Shown piece after piece: positions 25,704 to 41,048 of a stretch of 64,000 nt of DNA. The notes under the pieces are model-generated. The model was given only the letters and a program-made list of their open reading frames with translations. It was not told where the DNA came from and made no database searches. The stretch is from the human T2T-CHM13v2.0 reference genome, Homo sapiens. The DNA lies in contig CP068257.2 in NCBI GenBank assembly GCA_009914755.4, forward strand, positions 17,888,001 through 17,952,000, in the 5' to 3' direction. The stretch's first letter is position 1. Every line of letters begins with the position of its first letter. A program made the translations under genes and the position numbers.

Positions 25704-25705
<2 letters not shown>

Positions 25706-25737
<32 letters not shown>
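25706..25737. repeat. (CA)n microsatellite
   Basis: (ac)16. Confidence 0.95.
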
Positions 25738-25739
<2 letters not shown>

Positions 25740-28700
25740 AAGAGAAGCTTAACCAAGTATGTATCATATAGGTCATAAATATTTGTAAATTCTAAGGTTT
25801 TACTGGTTAAAATACAGTAGCCCTTCTCAGTGATTTACTGGCTATATGGAAGAAAGGCACAACATTCACACATCTATAGTAATGCCTGTTTTGGGAATGG
25901 GACTAAGCACAACAGATAGGGGGAGTGTCTCTCATTCTCCATGGAACCTCTGGGTTGGTTTCCATATGGCATAAATACGTAATTGAACTCATCTTCATTT
26001 GCCTTACACCTGTTAATAAAGTCTTTGACACCTCAGGGAAAATTGAAGTATTGGTATTTTATTCTTTGGAAATTAATTTCTTATTCATTTAGGGCAGACA
26101 TAATCTTGGCACATCTAATCTTGCTGGTGTACTCAACTAAATAGAGTTCAATGGTTAAAAGTTTTTCATAGCCGAATTACATGTTCATTCAATAAGGAGT
26201 GTTTCATTGCAGAGCACATGGTTATGAGTAGCAAGTATGGGGTAAAAGCAAAGGGAAATCTGCATTGTGTGTGCTTATTCCTGTGTTGAGTATTCTTACA
26301 GAGAATGCTCTATTATGGTGTCTTTTCTCTGATTAGGAAGCTGTTTTTTCAGTTCAAAAGCCCCCTGTGATTTGAGAGTGCAAGGAAAGCATACACTGGT
26401 GAAGTGACTTGCCAGACCATTGAAGTTGAATTTAAGCATGCAAGGCAACACCGGAGAGAGTGGAGCTGCTCTAGTCTGCAAAGATATCTATATGCTCTGA
26501 GCTGGTAGGAGGTACAGTGAAGTGATGGCAGAACCATGGGGTAGCTTTGATTCACAATAAGATACTGCCTCTTTTAGAATGAAAAGCCACCTGTTGTTTG
26601 TCAAAAGGTACTACTTACTGATTATTGCTTTACATACTAATGCAAAGAACTCTTGGAGGTAGTCTCTTGTGCAGATGCTGAAAGTCAGTCTTTCACCTGT
26701 CTCCAGTAGGTTAAACTTAACAAAAAAAATGTTTTGTACAGCAAGTAGAGAATGCTTCTTTCTTTAAAGAAATCAGAGCCTTCTGCTGGGGGCAATGAAG
26801 GGGTGAGGCTACAGGGAGTACTGAGTTGCTTAATGCCAAGCACAGAAAAATGCTAATAAGACTCATGCTGAGAAAAGCTCTCACTCATCAGGGTGCATCA
26901 TTGCAGACATTAAGCTGAGACTGTGAATTGCTATTAGCCAAAACTGGAGAAAGACTAACGAGAATAGTGCCAGAAAATACTTCGTGGCACTGTTTGAATT
27001 GCTGTCTGAGGCAGGAGGTTTGTTGTATTGTTTTTGAAATGATTTGCTTAGCAAAAATTACCTGGTTACTAGGTAAATCTATCAGTATATGATCGAGGAA
27101 CACTTATATTAACGTCATTTACTGATAAATAAGAAATACTAAATAACAATTACATGATGTGTTTAATAATCAAATGTATAAATTGCAAGCACGTTATTTA
27201 TATGCATAATACTCTAGTGTTTGTTGTATGAGACTTGAATCTCAATTAAATGATGTTAATATGAGACCTTAAAAAGTCTGAAAAGAGGCATTCACTGTCT
27301 TTTCAAAATAAATTTTATATGAGAACATAAAGAAAACCCATCTCTTCCCTCATTTTTTGCCAGTATGGCAACAAATAGCCTGCATAACTGAGGCAATTTG
27401 CAAACTGGTAGACCCTCTATCATTGTGTTTTATGAGAAAAAAAAAAGATAATAGCAGAGTATGCACCAATTCAGAATTAACTGGATTGAATGCTGATAAT
27501 TGTATGATTCTTTTTATTCTTACCCTGTTGTTTGGCTTATGCATCTCTGTTCAAGTCCATGTGGAAGACAGCTTGAGGTGCATGATCAATAAAATGTTGG
27601 AGGACATTGAACACAGTAGATTTCCTGGTGATGTTTAAGAGGGAGGAGTTAAGGTGTGCTAATGAGCATAGTTCATGTTAATTGCCAGCACCTATTGGAA
27701 TTATCTGTTAGAAATATAAAACTATTTTCCCTTGCTTTATCTATAAAAGATCCTGACTTAAACATGCCTTCCAGTGCAGCCAAGTAGAAATTCATAAAGA
27801 GAATTTATGATTTTTTTAAATAAATGAAATTTATTTAAAATACCACAATTCATTAAAATCTCAGATCTATAATAATTTATGTACCCTATGTATATACAGG
27901 AATTTAACTTTCTCCCTCACCAATTAGACAGTTCAGAAATTGAAAGAACACTCTAAGATTTGTATATGTGTATGTGTGTGCAAAATAGTGCTCTGAAACT
28001 GTCCTGTCTGGGAAAATTTTCTGATAACCAATATTAGATTTTCTAGTTCTCAGTTATATCTCTTCCCTCTATATTGTTCTGTAAACTAAAAACTATCTAA
28101 GACAGGTCTCAATCAATTTAGAAGTTTATTTTGCTAAGGCTAAGGATTTCCCCTGAAGAAATAAAGATGGAATCACATAAACAGTCTGTGGTCTGTGCCT
28201 TTCTCCAAAGATAACTTTGAGGGCTTCAATATTTAAAGGAGAAAAGTGAGCTGAAGGGGAAAGAGAGAGGGCATAATAATCCACATATTGCAAGAGAAAA
28301 GAAGCAGATAAGGGAAGAGTCAATTATGTATTCTTCTGGCACTCAGTAGAGCAGCATTTTACACAAAATAAGGTGAACATACAGTAGCTATCTGTGGACA
28401 TATTTAACATTTTATCTGTAGCTATCTGCTTAGGAATAAAAGGAAAAGCAGCTTCTTGCATGACGCAACCATCAGCTTAATTTTTTCTTTTGGCATGGTG
28501 AACTGGGGTCCCAAGTTTTATTTTCCTTTTACATTCCATATCAATTGAGAAAACTTAAGAGTCAGATCAGAAGTGGTTTTGTTCACATAGGTAATGGAAA
28601 ATTTTCCCTCCACCCTCCAAGCATTTGATAATAGGGTTGCTGAAATAAACTGAGTAGGCAGACAAGAAAATTTATCATGTATATGGGGGCATTACATGAA

Positions 28701-28930
28701 AGAAAACCAAATACCCCAAACTGAATATGATCTAGAAGCTTAAATACCTACTTCCTAAGAGAAAAAGAGATGGGAATATGTAAACAAGTAAGGAGAAAGC
28801 AAATAATTTTGAAGAAAGATGAGTAGGCCCTCAGAATAATAGGTAACAGCCTGTGACATAGTTTGTCTGGGAGTATTGTTGACTCCCGGTACTTTTTTTC
28901 CTGGGATAGAAGTCAATCTTCCTGGGTTAT

Positions 28931-29303
28931 TGTATTAGTCCGTTCTCATGCTGCAAATAAAGTCATACCCGAGACCATGTAATTTACTTAAAAAAAAAAA
29001 AGAGGCTTAATGGATTCACAGTCCCACATGTTCGCTGGGGAGGCCTCACAATTACGGTGGAAGGCAAATTGGGAGCAAAGGCACGTCTTAACATGGCAGC
29101 AGGCAAGAGAGTCTGCAGGGGAACTGCCCTTTATAAAACCATCAGAACTCATGAGACCTATTCAGTATCACAAGAAAAGCATGGGAAAAACCCACCCCCA
29201 TGATTCAATTACCTCCCACCAGGTCCCTCCCAGAACACGGGGAGATTATGGGAGCTACAATTCAAGATGAGATTTGGGTGAGGACACAGCCAAACCATAT
29301 CAC
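28931..29303 (-). mobile_element. full-length THE1-type MaLR solo LTR
   Basis: + strand reads tgtattagtccgttctcatgctgc…ggcctcacaattacggtggaaggcaa…gcacgtcttaacatggcagcaggcaagagag…ccctttataaaaccatcagaactcatgagac…cccatgattcaattacctcccaccaggtccctcc…gggagctacaattcaagatgagatttgggtgaggacacagccaaaccatatca, the reverse complement of THE1. Confidence 0.9.
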
Positions 29304-30097
29304 TTATAAAATTCCTGGAGAGGAGATTGATGATAATTGAGTTCCCTTTGGAGGATCTGTTCCTAGGCAGACAAAGGAAGTTCAGAGAAAGCCCCTTTCT
29401 GAATTTGCTTTTCTTCAAATGCCATCAGTTTGAAATAATCAGCATACCAAAGCTGGATAATTTTGGGTAACATTTCCTGAACTACTTCATCCAGAAGAAA
29501 ATTTTAACTTCAATTTCCCACCTAAATTAACTTACCCACCACAAACTATTGATATATATATATATACTCCTAAAAGAACAATTTCACCGGGCACATGCTG
29601 AAAACCACAAGGTAGTCTTTACAGTCAAGACCGTTGCAATTAACAGTCAGGACTAGTGCAGTAGCGAGAAAGGTTGAACTCAGACCTGAAAAATAGGTGG
29701 CTGAAAGAGAAAGTAAGAGGATTTTTAAAGGTTAAGATAAGCTGGTAGAGAAATACTGACGATATTCAGGGGGAGGGTGGTTAATGTGATTAGGTGCTCT
29801 GTGTTTGGTAATTGCTGTCTACCTAAGTTAGTCTCCTAACCTCCCACAGGGACTGGGAAACAGAGTCCCTGTCTTTCTTGATGTTACATTTCAATGGATC
29901 CCACTTCAATGTGAAAGACATTATTGGATTGTAGAATTAAATCTTAAAGACCAGAGAAATATTTTACAACTGCATATTTTCTAAAGTAAACACTCAAAGG
30001 AAAAGGGAGATCTTTTCAAGAGCCTAGTTAAGCCAAGAGGAGTCTTAAAGCTGTCTTGGTCTGATGCAGGTGAAGTGGAAAGAATATGGGCACATAC

Positions 30098-30185
30098 ACA
30101 CAGAACACAGACCACAGACAGCCGATCTTGGTAAGACATACACATACACACAGAACACAGACCACAGACAGCCAGTCTTGATAAG
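30098..30185. repeat. tandem duplication of a ~44-bp unit (2 copies)
   Basis: acatacacacagaacacagaccacagacagccgatcttggtaag followed by acatacacatacacacagaacacagaccacagacagccagtcttgataag. Confidence 0.85.
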
Positions 30186-30618
30186 GAGGCAACAATCGTG
30201 ATATTTGGGCTCCTTCTGTCGAGTCTATTAGCTCACGAAGGCCATTCTTACTCTTACAGAGAAGAAAGCAAAGTAATATGAGTGGAAAGAAAGATCAGAA
30301 ATGTTCTGTGCAAAACTGTTTCCATTTGGAGAATATGCAAAGTCCCTATCACCTTAAAAAGACAAGAAAACATGGGTATTATTACTTACTTGTAATTCTA
30401 GACCACAATCAAAGAAGGTGGTACTAGAACTTGTTCAGGGAAAGCATCTGTATCCTAAGAGAATCTCTATAAATTGGCGAGTGAGTCATCTAATGTCACT
30501 CCAGATTGATTTTATGACTATTATACAACCCTAACACGCTGCAAAATGCAATTTATGTTCTCTTGTTGCCCAATAATTTAACATCACTTTCTTAAAAAAT
30601 TATCAATAGAATATCTGA

Positions 30619-30926
<308 letters not shown>

Positions 30927-33300
30927 GAAATTTCTAATATAACTTATTTATGGTCAGATAATATACTTGATTTCAGTTCTTTTAAGTACATTGAGTCTCA
31001 TTTTATTACAAATAATATAGTTTATCTTGGTAAATCTTCCATGTGCCCTTGAAAAGAATGTATATTCTGCTGCTATTATGTGTAATATTTCAGAAAAATC
31101 AATTAGGTCAATATAGGTGATAGTGTGTAACAAGTTATATAATCTGTATTGATTTTCTTTTTATTTGATTTATTAGTCATTGAGAGGGGAATACTGAAAT
31201 ATCCAACTATAATTGTGGATTTCTCTCTTTTTCCATTGAAATCTACCAGTTTTTGCTTCATATATTTCAAAACTCTATTAAAAGGTGCATTTACATTTAG
31301 AATTGTGATATCTTCTTCAAGAATTGACACCTTTATTATTATAATATTAACCTTTTTGTCTGTGATAATATTCATTCTTCCGAAATCTATTTTCTTTGAT
31401 ATTAGTATATCCACTCTGATTTTTTTGATGTTTGCGTACTATATCTTTTTCAAGGTTTTAACTTTAACTAACATTGTCTTCATATTTTAAAGTAGGTTTC
31501 TCTTAAACAGTATTTAGTTGGGTTGTACTTAAAAAAAAACTCCAATTTGACAGTTTATACCTGTTAATGAAAGTTTTTAGATCATTTTTATATAGAATAT
31601 AAAATCAGATAAGGTTGATTTAAATTGGACATCTTACTATATGTTTTCTTTTTGTTCTATTTGTTCTTTCATTATATTTTTCTTTTTCTGCTTTTGGATT
31701 AATAGAATAATTTTTATGATTTTATTTTATCTCCCTTATTGGGCTTTGTTTAATAGCCATATTATATTCCTTTTATACTGTTCACCATAGTGTTTATAAT
31801 ATACATTTATAACTTCTCAGTGTATTTCAAAATAATATTATACCACTCCAAGCATAAAAATCTTATAATAGTATAACTCCATCCCCACCCATGTTCCCAA
31901 GCTTTATGCTATTTTTTTCAGTTACATTACTTCTGCATATGTTATTATTTTTGCCTTCAATGTCAATAATATCTTACAGAATTATAAATGTCTGTCATTT
32001 ATATGGACTTCAATATTTACCTTTCCATTTTCCTTTAATCATTTGTGTATTAATTGCATTGTTTTTGATGACTAGTCTGCTGTTTTTTCAGTTTTATTTT
32101 ACTTATTTTACTCTTGCTGCACTTAAGATTGTCTAGCACCCTTTCACAGTGATTTGGTTATCGTGTATTTGTGAGGTTCTTCATGTTTTTTGTACTTGAA
32201 GTTTAGTGAGCTTCTTGGATCTGAAGGCATATAGTTGTCATCAAATTATTGACAGCTATGTTTTTATTTTTTTCCCGCATTCCATCTCTTTCTTTCAGTA
32301 CACTAGTTATAGTTACATTATTCTGCCTGATGTTGTCTTATAGACCACTTATTCTCTTTTCATTCATCTTTTCCTTCTGTCCTTTTTTCCCCTCTAAGTT
32401 GCATTTTGGATGATTTCCACATCTTCAAACTCACTCATCTTTTCTTCTAAATTTTCTAATCTGCTGTTAATCTCATCCAATGCATTTTTCATCTTAGATA
32501 TTGTATTTCTTCTAGAAATTTACTTGAGTCTTTATTATACTTTCATTTTCTTTTTTACCAAACCCATGTTTTACTCCACTTTTTTGAACATATGAGATCT
32601 AACAAAAGAGCTGGCTTAACATCCTTGGCTATAATTATATTATCTTTCATATTTATATATTTGTATTGATTTCTTCACCTCATTGTGAATCATATTTTTC
32701 TTCTTTGTACACCTGGTCATTTTAATTGTGTACTGAACTCTTTTGTACACATTTGAATATGTTGGTCTTTTTTCCCTAGAACACAGTTACATTTCTTGGA
32801 ACTCTTTTATCAATTGGAGTCTTGCTTTTGACCTTAGGCTTTATTAGGTAGGGGAGAGTGACCTTTAATTTTAGCTAATTTGTCCCCATTACTGGAAGAA
32901 AATATTTCTGAGGGCGCAACTGGCTAACCTGTATTAGGAGATCTTTCTAGTTGTGTGTGGATTTCAAATATTTTTATACCTTCACATTTATGGTGCTTCT
33001 TTACAGTGCCTTTTATGTAGCCAAAGACTCAAGGGAAACTTCTGCAAGAGCTAAGACTTCTTCCTGTATATGTAACCCTCTCCTCTCAGATACTCTGCCT
33101 ACCTGTATACGAATCTCTTTCTCCTCAACTCAGAAGATTCCCATATTTTCTTCTAGTTCTCCTTCCTGGGTTGTGGCTGAGAAATTCTCCATGCAGTGTA
33201 CTGGGCACTTGCTATGCTCACTTAGTTCATTTCCTCTCCTTTAGGAGATGGCTGTCCTCAACTGTCTGTTGCCCAAGGGCTGAAATTAGTTTTCTCATAC
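30927..33300 (-). mobile_element. 5' portion of an old LINE-1 (L1M/L1PB-like): ORF2 endonuclease region, ORF1 and probable 5'UTR; 3' side cut off at the Alu
   Basis: + strand is antisense L1 (…cccttgaaaagaatgtatattctgctgc…tcaattaggtc…tccaactataattgtggatttctc…). The minus-strand ORF 31103-31414 translates to an EN-domain-like peptide (…STIIVGYFSIPLSMTNKSNKKKINTD…, cf. …IIMGDFNTPLSTLDRSTRQKVNKD…). 32400-32530 matches antisense ORF1 (ctaatctgctgttaatctcatccaatgcatttttcatcttagatattgtattt). The 5' boundary is uncertain. Confidence 0.7.
31103..31414 (-). pseudogene. remnant of the L1 ORF2 endonuclease domain (track ORF, 103 aa)
   Basis: …NVNAPFNRVLKYMKQKLVDFNGKREKSTIIVGYFSIPLSMTNKSNKKKINTD… aligns by eye with L1 ORF2p EN region …NAPN.GAP.FIKQ.L.DL….TII.GDFNTPLS.LDRS.RQKINKD…. 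Confidence 0.7.
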
Positions 33301-33676
33301 ATTTTGTACATCGTGTTAATTGTTTAATGTAGGAGAATAAATCTTGTTCCTGTTACTTTTTCATGACTCTAGATCTTATCTTTAGAGTTTTCCATAGCAT
33401 GTCTGAAAGTATGTAGAAGAAAGAGTATCCAAACCACAGTTTGATCAAAGTGAATCTAACAAGAGCAAAAAAGGTTTGTTCTTATTATACATTTTCCTTA
33501 TAACCTGATTTAGCACCATGACCATATTTGAAATATACAAGAAAAATTAATTACACTTTGTTTCCTAGAATACTTTGAGAAACATTAGGCATTCATTTGG
33601 GGGTGATATTGTAGCATAAACTTTAGAAACATTACCTAATAAACCTCATTGTTGAAAAGTCATCATAAGCATTTAG

Positions 33677-34047
<371 letters not shown>

Positions 34048-35745
34048 AGTTTGCTTACCTTTTAAATAGCAATGGTAATAGCATTTCCCTCATCACATTG
34101 TTTTAAACATTAAATGATTTCATAAATATAAAGAGCTTGTAACTGTAAATAGCACTGAGTTATATACCGTGTTAGCAATGTTTAGCAGTCTGACAAGTCC
34201 TGAAGTTAAACTCACAAAAACATACACAACTTCTTTTGATTATTTAAAAAGTAAAACACATTTATGTATGAAGAGGGAACATACATTGTCAATTTTCTTT
34301 AGAACAATTTAATTTTAGAAGCTTCTATATAAACAAAGAAAGACTACATATTCTTCAGATTTTTCTCCATAAATATTACTTTTCACAGCTACTTTTTTGG
34401 TATGTATTGATTAATGTATTTATTCTCAGTGAGATACCTGTTACAGATTCTCTGAAAGCCTATACAGGTTTTCAGAATTTCAGATCTCATTCTTACAGCT
34501 ATTTGCAACTGCATGTTTAGTGGTAACTTGGTAGATGGATTTGTCTTAGGGTAGACACATTTGATAAAGCTTCATTTCTCTCTGTCCATAAAAATTTCCC
34601 CCCGAAGAAGAGACAGAATTTAAATACCCCTACTCCTGATTCAAAGTTAATACCAGTGCATCTGGTGCGTATTCCATGATCTAAAATAAATGGAATAGAG
34701 CCATGCCAGACACATTGCTAGATTGTATCTCCTTAGTATGGTGAATTTTGCTAGGCTTTGAATATTAGAAGAATTCAGAGGTCACAGTTTGACTATGTCA
34801 AGGTATCTCTAATTGAATAGTCAAGACACCAGAAAGCATATGGACCAATAGGCTTTTGAATTTGATTTAGGACAATTCCACAGGAGCTTTTGAATCTGCT
34901 GAAGATCATCTGGAGGGATGATTGAGAAATTCCTGATTAAAAAGTTCAGTGAAGACATTCTGCTCCTGGGAGATAGAAATAAAGTGAAGAACTCATGAAC
35001 TATAATAACTTCATTCCATCGTGACTGGGAATAATTCCCACTAACTCCCCTGCATGAGACCTAAAATCACACATAATATTGCGTTATTGTTTTATGCTGG
35101 CCACTACAGATGTCAGTCTAGCCAGTGAACATTTTAAGATATAAAAAAAAAATCTAACTCAATTTATATTACTTTTTTGCCTGTTTGGTAAGCAAAAAGT
35201 GGAAACTCACATCCTGGCCAGATTTGTCATCTCTTCACACAGCCTTCTGCTCAGAGAAACATGTCTAGGATTAACCAATATTAGAAGAGAGGTTAGTATC
35301 TGCTGTCATTTGGATCCATAGATAAGGTTCTCAACAATTATGGATTGAAAACAAGAGATAAGACAGCCTCCAAAGATTCTTGAACTGATATTTTAAAATA
35401 AAATTTAAAAAATTCTTAATGTAACTGCAAGTTAGAGAAGAAAAGGACCAGCTAGAGAAGCTAAGTCATAGTAATTATGGAGTGTGAGATTTTAGATCAT
35501 CCAAACTAGTGTCTATGTCAAGTTCTGCTTTCCTGTGCTCTGCCCTGAGCATGGTTCTTGCTTTCCATAAGGAAAGATTTCACCTTTTTCTTAGATGACT
35601 ACATAAACTTCCATTTTTTTAGAGTAATTGAACCAGCCTGCTTCAGGGAACAAAAATGTCTTAATTATTAAAATATATCTGTTTGATACCATCCATATGG
35701 CTTTATAGCTTCCAAACATATTTTATTTTTACTTTAGACCATTGA

Positions 35746-36080
<335 letters not shown>

Positions 36081-36249
36081 TGTTTCATCAATTTTTATTC
36101 CAACATTAGGATTATTTGGGCATGGTGGTGATGGTTACATAAATATCTGACTTTGTCATAATTCATAGATCTGTACAAAACTGAATTAAGTTTTACTCAG
36201 TGTAAATTATACCTAAATAAAAATATGTATGACTGGAAACAGTACACAG

Positions 36250-36298
36250 GTAACCATCATCAGCATCATAATAATCATCATCATCCTCATCCTAATTC
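36250..36298. repeat. (ATC/ATG)n-like trinucleotide repeat
   Basis: catcatcagcatcataataatcatcatcatcctcatcc. Confidence 0.8.
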
Positions 36299-36473
36299 TC
36301 CTCCAGTGATAGGGTGAACTGTGGATGGAGGTATCAGTGATGCAAAAATGGCAGAATACTGATACTTTTTGAGGCTGGATGAAGTTGGGTGATGAATGGA
36401 TAAAGAACATGGAGGTTCATTATAGTCTTGGCTTTTATGTTTAAAATTTTCCATAATAAAAAGTAAAAAATAA

Positions 36474-36500
36474 GAACACACACACACACACATACACACT
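36474..36500. repeat. (CA)n microsatellite
   Basis: acacacacacacacacatacacac. Confidence 0.9.
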
Positions 36501-39500
36501 AGACAAAAATATGTTGTCATTGAATGAGGACATATCTAACCTAGAATGTTGTCATTCATAAGGGTTTGCTTACCAGTCCCTAAATTGTTTGTTCACGCTG
36601 TAGTTAGAATGATCAAAAATTCACCAACCTCACTTTATATCCCTACGTGGATACGACAATCCTCTTTTTTGGGCAATGGCACAAAAATCGCTAAGAAAAG
36701 AAGCAAACTACTTTTACAGGTGTTAAAGGGGGAGAAAACAGAACAGTAACAGAAGAGTGATAGTTCATGAATATTTAGAATCTAAAATTCTGTGTTTGGG
36801 GCCTGATTCTATCGATTACCAGCTGTGTGAGATTATCAAAGTAATTTAACCTCTCTGAAGCCCAGTTTCATCAGTAAAATGTCAATGATAGCACTTGCTT
36901 TATAAGATTGTTTTAAGGAACAATTGGAATAATGTATGCAAGAGCTATTTGTAAAACTTAAATTATGGTTATTATTCATTCCTATTTTGTGTCTTAGAAA
37001 CTTTTTTGAATAGAAATGCATAACCGTAAACTCACTCACTTATTCTGCAATTTGTAAAGAATTCAAAATGTTGGAAAGTGGTATCGCTTTTATCTAGTAT
37101 TTTTTCTTTTTGATTTTGTAGTTTACAGACAGCAGCAGTCCATTACTAACATATCTAAATGTGTTAATAAAATCATTCTGCATGCTCAGAACAAATAACA
37201 ATCTGAATTGAAAAATAAATTGTTGAATAAAATATGGCAGAGAACGAAGTATTTTATAAAAGTACATAGCTAGCATTGCCCGTATCATCAATCTATTTGT
37301 TTTGCTGAGAATGCATGAGAATAGTTTCCTTTATACAACATGCACATACATCATTGATTTTGTAAACTGTATTTCTTAGTAAGGAATAGATTATAGACAG
37401 CTTTGGGGGAGGCAGCTATGATGTTGGAAGACAGATTAATTTAGCATAGCAACACCTGGGTTGAGGTCTTCACTTTTCTAGTTACTCTAAGTATTTGACC
37501 TTGAATACTCGTCTACTTCTCACAGCATTAAGTCCTTGATATTCAGAAGAATAACTCCAACCCTTGCTTCTGCAATGGTTCTGGTAAATATTCATTAAAA
37601 CTAATATATGTATCTGGTCTGTAATATACTTAACTAAATTTAATAATAACTAAATGCATTAATAAAATATTCATTTTGCTTTTGTTCTATGATTGTGAAA
37701 TTTAAAATTTTCTCCTAGTTTTAAAATAATAGAGGTTTTTCCTTGAAAAAAATTCTGTTAAATATGACATTTGTCTATATTAACAGAGCATATTTTGACA
37801 AACCCTAAAATGTATTGTTTGTAAAGTTAATATGCATGTATAAAGACTTTATATGTACGTACTATATGTATTAATATACAGAATTGTATATGAATGGCAG
37901 TGGACTTCTTCTTGTTTTTCTGTCTCTTGTCCATACATTATTATATACCTTCAAATGTAAACATAGTCACTTAAACTACATGATATTAAAAAAAAAGTAA
38001 ATATATTCACATTTTCTTTGATTGTATAATCATCTATTTCTTTCAATCCTGTATGACTCATCCAATTACAATTTATAATCTGAGTATTAAGGTTAAATAT
38101 AATTTCATTTCAAATTAACACATTAGAAATGCACAACCAGGTATACTGCGTAATGTACTTTTAATCAATAAGCCATGCTGGCAATATCAATAGAAGTATA
38201 TACTTTTTTGGTAAATAGTCCTAAAGACACAAGATGGCAGTACTAGACTTATGAGTTACTGGAAATATGGTAACGCATTCAAAAACTTTTAATGCGCTTC
38301 CCTTGCTTTCCTTCTCAGTATTTGTAATGGAGCTTTTATTTCTGTGCATAAACATTCACAAGTTTTGTGGATGTTTTTAAATGCTATTGAGAGTGTGCTA
38401 TTTATTTATTTATGGGTAGCCACTGCATTTAGTAAAATTCGCCTTTAAAACATCTTAGTTTCCTCATCTATATAATGATGATATTGGTCCAGATAGCCTT
38501 TATGGTTCTTTCACTACTGGATGGCCATATAATTTATTAAATCAGAAAAATGAGAACCTGTACATTTCAAATGAGCATTGAATACCTTAACGAATAAACT
38601 TACTCAAAATTTGAGATAAAAATGGCAGTGGACTTCTTCCTTGTTCAGTGGTAGAAGAAAGATCAAGGGTGATTATTACTTAGCCTTCACTAAATTTGGA
38701 ATATTTAGTTTACCCTAAATTTTATGTAAGATGCTAATATATGTACTACCATTGAAGATTTTACCATTGTCGCTGGGCAGTCTGTGTCAAGAAAAGCATG
38801 ATGCACCATCCTGTTTTATTGAAAACTTTCAAGCAAAAGATCTGCCATCTTCCCACTTTCCATCCTCAAATAATTATTTACCTCTAATTTTGTTGGTTTT
38901 AAAGGAATTGAAGATTACTTTCTTTTCCAGAGCTAGTATCTTACCCATTTCAGTTTATTTATTTTTGTTTTTCTTCTCAAGAAATGTAGGCTCAGGATTT
39001 CCCCCATTTCTACATTTTTGTTTATCTTGATCTGATTTATCCTCTACCTATTATGTAACTTATCAAACTGCTGTAGGAAAATATTTCCACAATGGTACCA
39101 TGGTCACATTGCACGTGGCCACAGAGGCCAGGTAGACAAAGCTCACATGCAATCTGACCCAAATCTTTGTGGAATACCCCATAATCCTTTCAGGAACATG
39201 GCAAAATAGTCTTGTAAAGAGTTGTCACAAGGCTATTACTCATTCACTTCATTGTCTAGTTGGAGACTGCTATGAAGTGTTTTCTCCTCAGTCTCCCTGA
39301 TTCTGGAGAGCAAACACACCTTCTGCTTCACCCTCCTTAGGGTACAGCTGTAGGCTATAAAACCTTTTAGTTGCAGATAGAATTGGCTGCTCCAAGACAG
39401 GGTAATCCACCACCAATGCCATCTATCATCTGCACCTTCCCCTTTGATGTCACCTTGTGGACAAAGGAAACAGACACTCTAGTGATCTTGCTTACTTTAT

Positions 39501-40176
39501 GTATAATAATGTAATATAATAATAATAAAACTCATAAACTCTCTCAATCCATTTGGGCTCATTGTATTTTTACTGGCCAGGTCTATGGAACTGTGATAAG
39601 CCAGCCTAGCAACTGTGGTATTGTTTGCTCTTTAGGGACAGCTTGACAACTTCCAAATGTCATGTCAAGAAATCCAAACACTTTAAGGACTCCATGAGAT
39701 TTTGTATAACAAAAAGTAAAAATTTAATAACATATTGCAAAGCAGGTTTACAGGAACTTGTAATAATCTCAGGGGAAGGCTCTAAATGCCTTGTCAATAC
39801 TGTGCACTGGTATGAATCCACTTGCATGAGGGCTGATGAGACAACACTCACACAACAAGTTAAGTGAAAATAATTGTATTACTCATGGATAGGCAGAAAA
39901 GGAAAATAGAGATTAGGATTTATGGCGATCCTGTCCTCTAAGGCTGAGAAAGCTGCCCAGGATGGATAAACTTTTGGCTCCCTATGTTCCATCTTGTACC
40001 TCAGCTGATAGATACCAAAAGTACTCTGGGCCCTGGGTTATCTATGTGGGAGCACTTGAATGGCTGGGCCAAGGCATTGCAAGACATCCTGTTTTAGGAG
40101 CAAAGGGAACAGAGCCTACACTGTTTGGTCAATTTGTTCTCATTTCAGAATGTTACATTCCCAGCACATTCTACAT

Positions 40177-40410
40177 ACATATTACTTATGTATACTTATA
40201 TAACATATATATACTTATATGTTATATAACTTATAAGTTATATATACTTATATGTTATATAACTTATAACTTATATGTTATATAAGTATATATAAGTTAT
40301 GTAAGTATATATACTTATATGTTATATAAGTGTATATATGTTATATAAGTATATATAAGTGATATATATGTAGTATATACTTATATAAGTATATATGAGT
40401 TATATATATT
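40177..40410. repeat. AT-rich minisatellite (~33-bp unit: atatatacttatatgttatataacttataagtt and variants)
   Basis: Several degenerate tandem copies of tatatacttatatgttatataa(c/g)t…; the unit contains the palindrome ttatataac/gttatataa. Confidence 0.85.
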
Positions 40411-40688
40411 ACTATCACTTAATAAACAAACTAAATATTATGCAAGGTGGTCTTCATGCTTGATGATAAAAAGGGAATTTCTGTTTCTGACCAAGATATA
40501 GGAAAAGGAGCCAAATTTATCAATTTGCATGAAATAACACCAAAATAACCCCTTCATAATATATCAGACACATGACTTCAAAAGACTAGATATCAAGCAA
40601 CAAAGAACAACGATACCTGAGAAACGAGGACTAAATGCTTGTGTCCCCACAAATTTATATTTTGAAGCCTAATTCACAATGTGATGAT

Positions 40689-40973
40689 ATTTAGAAATGG
40701 AGCCTTTGAAAGATTAGGTCATAAGGATGGAGTCCTCATGAATGGGATTAGTGCCCTTGCTAAAGAGGCACCAAGAGCTCCTTTTCCTCTTCTGCCAAGT
40801 GAGGGCAAAGTGAGAAGATGATGTCTATAAATCAAAAAGTGGGCCCTCACCAGACACCAAATCTTCCCATTCTCCAGAACACTGAGAAACAAATATTTAT
40901 TGTTTATAAGTAACCCAAGTTATGGTATTTTGTTATTGCAACCCAAATGGACTGAGACAAATTGGGAGAAAAT
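40689..40973 (+). mobile_element. MLT2-like (ERVL) LTR
   Basis: …gcctttgaaagattaggtcataaggatggagtcctcatgaatgggattagtgcccttgctaaagaggcaccaagagctcc…gggccctcaccagacaccaaatcttccc…ctccagaacactgagaaacaaatatttattgtttataagtaacccaagttatggtattttgttattgcaacccaaatggactgagaca. Matches the MLT2 consensus (TGTGG…CATGAATGGGATTAGTGCCCTTATAAAAGAGGCCCCAGAGAGCTCC…CACCAGACACCGAATCT…CTCCAGAACTGTGAGAAATAAATTTCTGTTGTTTATAAGCCACCCAGTCTATGGTATTTTGTTATAGCAGCCC.AA.GGACTAAGACA). Confidence 0.6.
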
Positions 40974-41048
40974 AAAAATAGATAAGCTATTTGATTGTCC
41001 CAAATGATTGTCCCAGATTACACACTTGAGAGAATTTCCAGGGTATGA

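Noticed and set aside
29550-29580. (TA)n at 29554-29570 and assorted A runs (47813-47832, 49893-49910, 28981-28993)
   Set aside because: These are ordinary short homopolymer or dinucleotide runs and were not annotated individually. Some may be tails of unrecognised old SINE or L1 fragments.
40177-40410. Regular AT-rich tandem repeat that superficially looks like a repeat/spacer array
   Set aside because: The window is primate DNA. The units are degenerate, contiguous and lack unique spacers, so this is a minisatellite and not a CRISPR array.
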